Made by a program: the position numbers and the translations under genes | NCBI GenBank assembly: GCA_038087875.1 | Contig: CM075996.1 | Location: forward strand, 6,450,001 to 6,514,000 | Direction: 5' to 3' | DNA: 64,000 bases | Source: Malacoraja senta | Lineage: Eukaryota | The notes under the pieces: generated by a model | The model's input: only the letters and a program-made list of their open reading frames with translations | Told to the model about the DNA's origin: nothing | Databases searched by the model: none | Shown: positions 61,332-64,000 of the stretch, piece after piece | Layout of the letters: each line of letters starts with the position of its first letter | Position numbering within the stretch: the stretch's first letter is position 1

Positions 61332-63685
61332 GGCTGTGGGCCGAGGGGCTTTTTCGTTTTAAGTTGGTGACCCGAATCACGTGACTACCTGAATTTTTAA
61401 CATATTGTGTAAAAATATTATATAAATCATACCTGAAACTCGTCAAGAACAAAACCGGCACATATTTTTAAAATATGAGAAAAACCTCAAATTTTCCGAG
61501 TAGTAATTGTCCATTCAAAGCACGTTTGACATTGAGGTCGGACGCCAATTGACCAATCACGCGCTTTGTTTCATGGTCGCTTGGCAGCGAACACTCTGGG
61601 ATCATGGCTGCCTCCTAATTACATCAAAACAATAACAAACTTTCCAAGGACTAAAGGTAATGCTAACCTTGCTGATCATTTTGTTTTACAATTGATTTAT
61701 CTTTATAAAGTTATGATGTGAACTGTTAAAAAAAAAAGATAAATAACAAATGTAGAGCTAGGGTTAGGGTCAGAAGTCAGTCAGTCAGTCAGAAGTCAGT
61801 CAGTCGGTCGGGCTGTCAGTAGGTCGGTGGATGCGGTGAAGGATTGGTCGGGCTGTCGGGCCGCTGATGGGTGCTGCGATTGGTCGGATGGCCAGTGGGT
61901 GCTGCGAGTGGTCGGTCGGGCCGCCGGTGGGTGCTGCGAGTGGACGGTCGGGCTGTCGGTAGGCCGGTGTTGCAGCGAGCGGGCGGACTGACGGAGCCGG
62001 GTGGCGTGCATGGCAGTGCTGCTCCCCACCATCATCACCATGATGATCCAGCGAGGTGGAGGCGCTGCGGGGCCACACGTACGGAGCCCGCAGCCGGATC
62101 CAAAGCGGCTCCAGCTCCAGCCGTGGGCAGCTCTGGAAGGAGGGCGAGTTAGGGTTAGCCATTTTCCTCTCAGTGGAAGATGCCTTAGCCTCCCCCCAGC
62201 CTGGCACTGCCCCTGTCCCACTATGGCCGTGACCCCCACTCTGCACACTGGCAGTCAGTGAGGTTCAGTAAACGGGGGAACCCACAGGAACTGTCCTCAC
62301 CCATTAATTAGGCTGGTTCAGGAGCCTGACCTCTGCGGCAGTCTCATTCAAAATACACACAATATATTAATTATATTATTTATATATAATATAATTATAA
62401 TTATATATAATTATATATAATTACAGTCATATTCACAAGTCATATATATATATATAATAGACAATAGACATTAGGTGCAGGAGTAGGCCATTCGGCCCTT
62501 CGAGTCAGCACCGCCATTCAATGTGATCATGGCTGATCATCCCCAATCAGTACCCTGTTCCTGCCTTCTCCCCATATCCCCTGACTCCGCTATTTTTAAG
62601 AGCCCTATCTAGCTCTCTCTTGAAAGCATCCAGAGAACCCGCCTCCACCGCCCTCTGAGGCAGAGAATTCTAGACTCACAACTCTCTGTGAGAAAAACTG
62701 TTTCCTCGTCTCCGTTCTAAATGGCTTACTCCTTATTCTTAAACTGTGGCCCCTGGTTCTGGACTCCCCCAACATCAGGAACATTTTCCTGCCTCTAGCG
62801 TGTCCAAGACCTTACCAATCTTATATGTTTCAATGAGATCCCCTCTGATCCGTCTAAACTCCAGAGTGTACAAGCCCAGCTGCTCCATTCTCTCAGCATA
62901 TGACAGCCCCGCCATCCCGGGAATTAACATTGCAAACCTATGCTGCACTCCCTCAATGCTAAGAATGTCCTTCCTCAAATTAGGGGGCCAAAACTGCACA
63001 CAATATTCCAGGTGTGGTCTCACTAGGGCCCTGTACAACTGCAGAAGGACCTCTTTGCTCCTATATTTGATTCCTCTTGTTATAAAAGCCAACATGCCAT
63101 TCGCTTTCTTCACTGCCTGCTGTACCTGCATGCTTACTTTCATAGACTGATGTACAAGGACCCCCAGATCCCGTTGTACTTCCCCTTTTCCCAACTTGAC
63201 GCCATTTAGATAGTAATCTGCCTTCCTGTTTTTGCTACCAAAGTGGATAACCTCACATTTATCTGCTTTAAACTTCACCTGCCATGCATCTGCCCACTCC
63301 CCCAACCTGTCCAAGTCACTTTGCATTCTCATAGCATCCTCCTCACAGTTCACACTGCCACCCAGCTTTGTGTCATCTGCAAATTTGCTAATGTTACTTT
63401 GAATCCCTTCATCTAAATCATTGATGTATAATAATATATGGTTTAAACAGTCGGAATTAGGCTCCTCATGGAGTAATATGAGCATTGAACACTAGATAGC
63501 GGTTACTTTTTCGATCTCGTTTTCTAATTAGTTTAATTAATTAAAGTGCAGCTTTTGACACTGTCGTGTTATGACTTCCTCCTCAATTATATTTTATCTA
63601 AATCTGTGCAAAATTTCAAGTAGTTCCCAGACATGGGTCACGAAAGTCAAATTCTAGACACATTTTTGATGCTCGGCCCACAGCC
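61332..63685. mobile_element. Non-autonomous DNA transposon (Harbinger/ISL2EU-like) with nested CR1
   Basis: TIR GGCTGTGGGCCGAG...CTCGGCCCACAGCC flanked by TA; internal (GTCG/GTCA)n and AGGGTT repeats. Confidence 0.65.
62458..63430 (-). mobile_element. 5'-truncated CR1 inserted in a (TA)n tract
   Basis: ORF 62775-63485: [36 protein letters not shown] tail. Confidence 0.9.
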
Positions 63686-63699
63686 TAACAATCCTCCTC

Positions 63700-64000
63700 A
63701 TGTCTCCCTCAGTGTCCGGCTTGGCGCCAGTGCCCCGGGGTCGCGGGGTCGTGGCCGGAGCGAGCGGACAATCGCTTCGCGCCAACTTTCCCTGGCGCTC
63801 AAGTTTGGCGGGTTTCGCGCAGACGGACAGCGGTCTCCGCCAATTGGACGGACTGTCCTCCCATGGCCCAACGCTGTGGCCGGAGCGAGGTCCAATGGTC
63901 AGCGAGGGGGGGCGGGGCGGGACATGGCAGGGGTCTATAAAAGGCGGCGCTGCAGTCCAGTGTCCGCAGGCGAGTGGCCGGAGAGGAACCTCGACGCGCA
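63700..64000 (+). promoter_or_regulatory. CpG-rich Pol II promoter of the next (unseen) gene
   Basis: E2F-type TTTGGCGG (63804) and TTTCGCGC (63813-63820), CCAAT (63840, 63892), GGGGCGGGGCGGG, and TATAAAAG (63936-63943), in canonical order. Confidence 0.75.

Noticed and set aside
61759..61771. TTAGGG-like repeats as an interstitial telomere
   Set aside because: Only about two units, inside a DNA transposon.
1..64000. CRISPR arrays, rRNA or prokaryotic systems
   Set aside because: No regularly spaced repeats, rRNA motifs or operon structure; the sequence is vertebrate.

Overview
Eukaryotic, repeat-rich vertebrate DNA. The SINE/CR1/L2/Penelope make-up suggests a cartilaginous fish such as a skate or ray (inference). 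The only host genes are a tandem, minus-strand array of four TRIM56-like E3 ligase genes (RING-Bbox1-Bbox2-coiled coil-NHL-like propeller, no filamin domain): 3965-5945, 11023-12999, 21431-23409 and 37329-39305. Each copy has one coding exon, a predicted upstream non-coding exon with a TATA/GC-box promoter, and a conserved IRF/ISRE motif in intron 1. Copies 2 and 4 are intact; copies 1 and 3 each carry a single 1-bp homopolymer frameshift. The paralogs are mosaics of two NHL types and two N-terminal/flank types. Paralogous empty sites let many insertions be mapped to the base: a full-length DIRS element, nested CR1s, two near-identical L2s, an L1, a solo LTR, several DNA transposons, and Penelope-derived tails with minimal hammerhead-ribozyme motifs. 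A 200-N assembly gap lies at 19508-19707. The window ends in an E2F/CCAAT/GC/TATA promoter of an unseen + strand gene. All family names come from motif recognition by eye, not from database searches.
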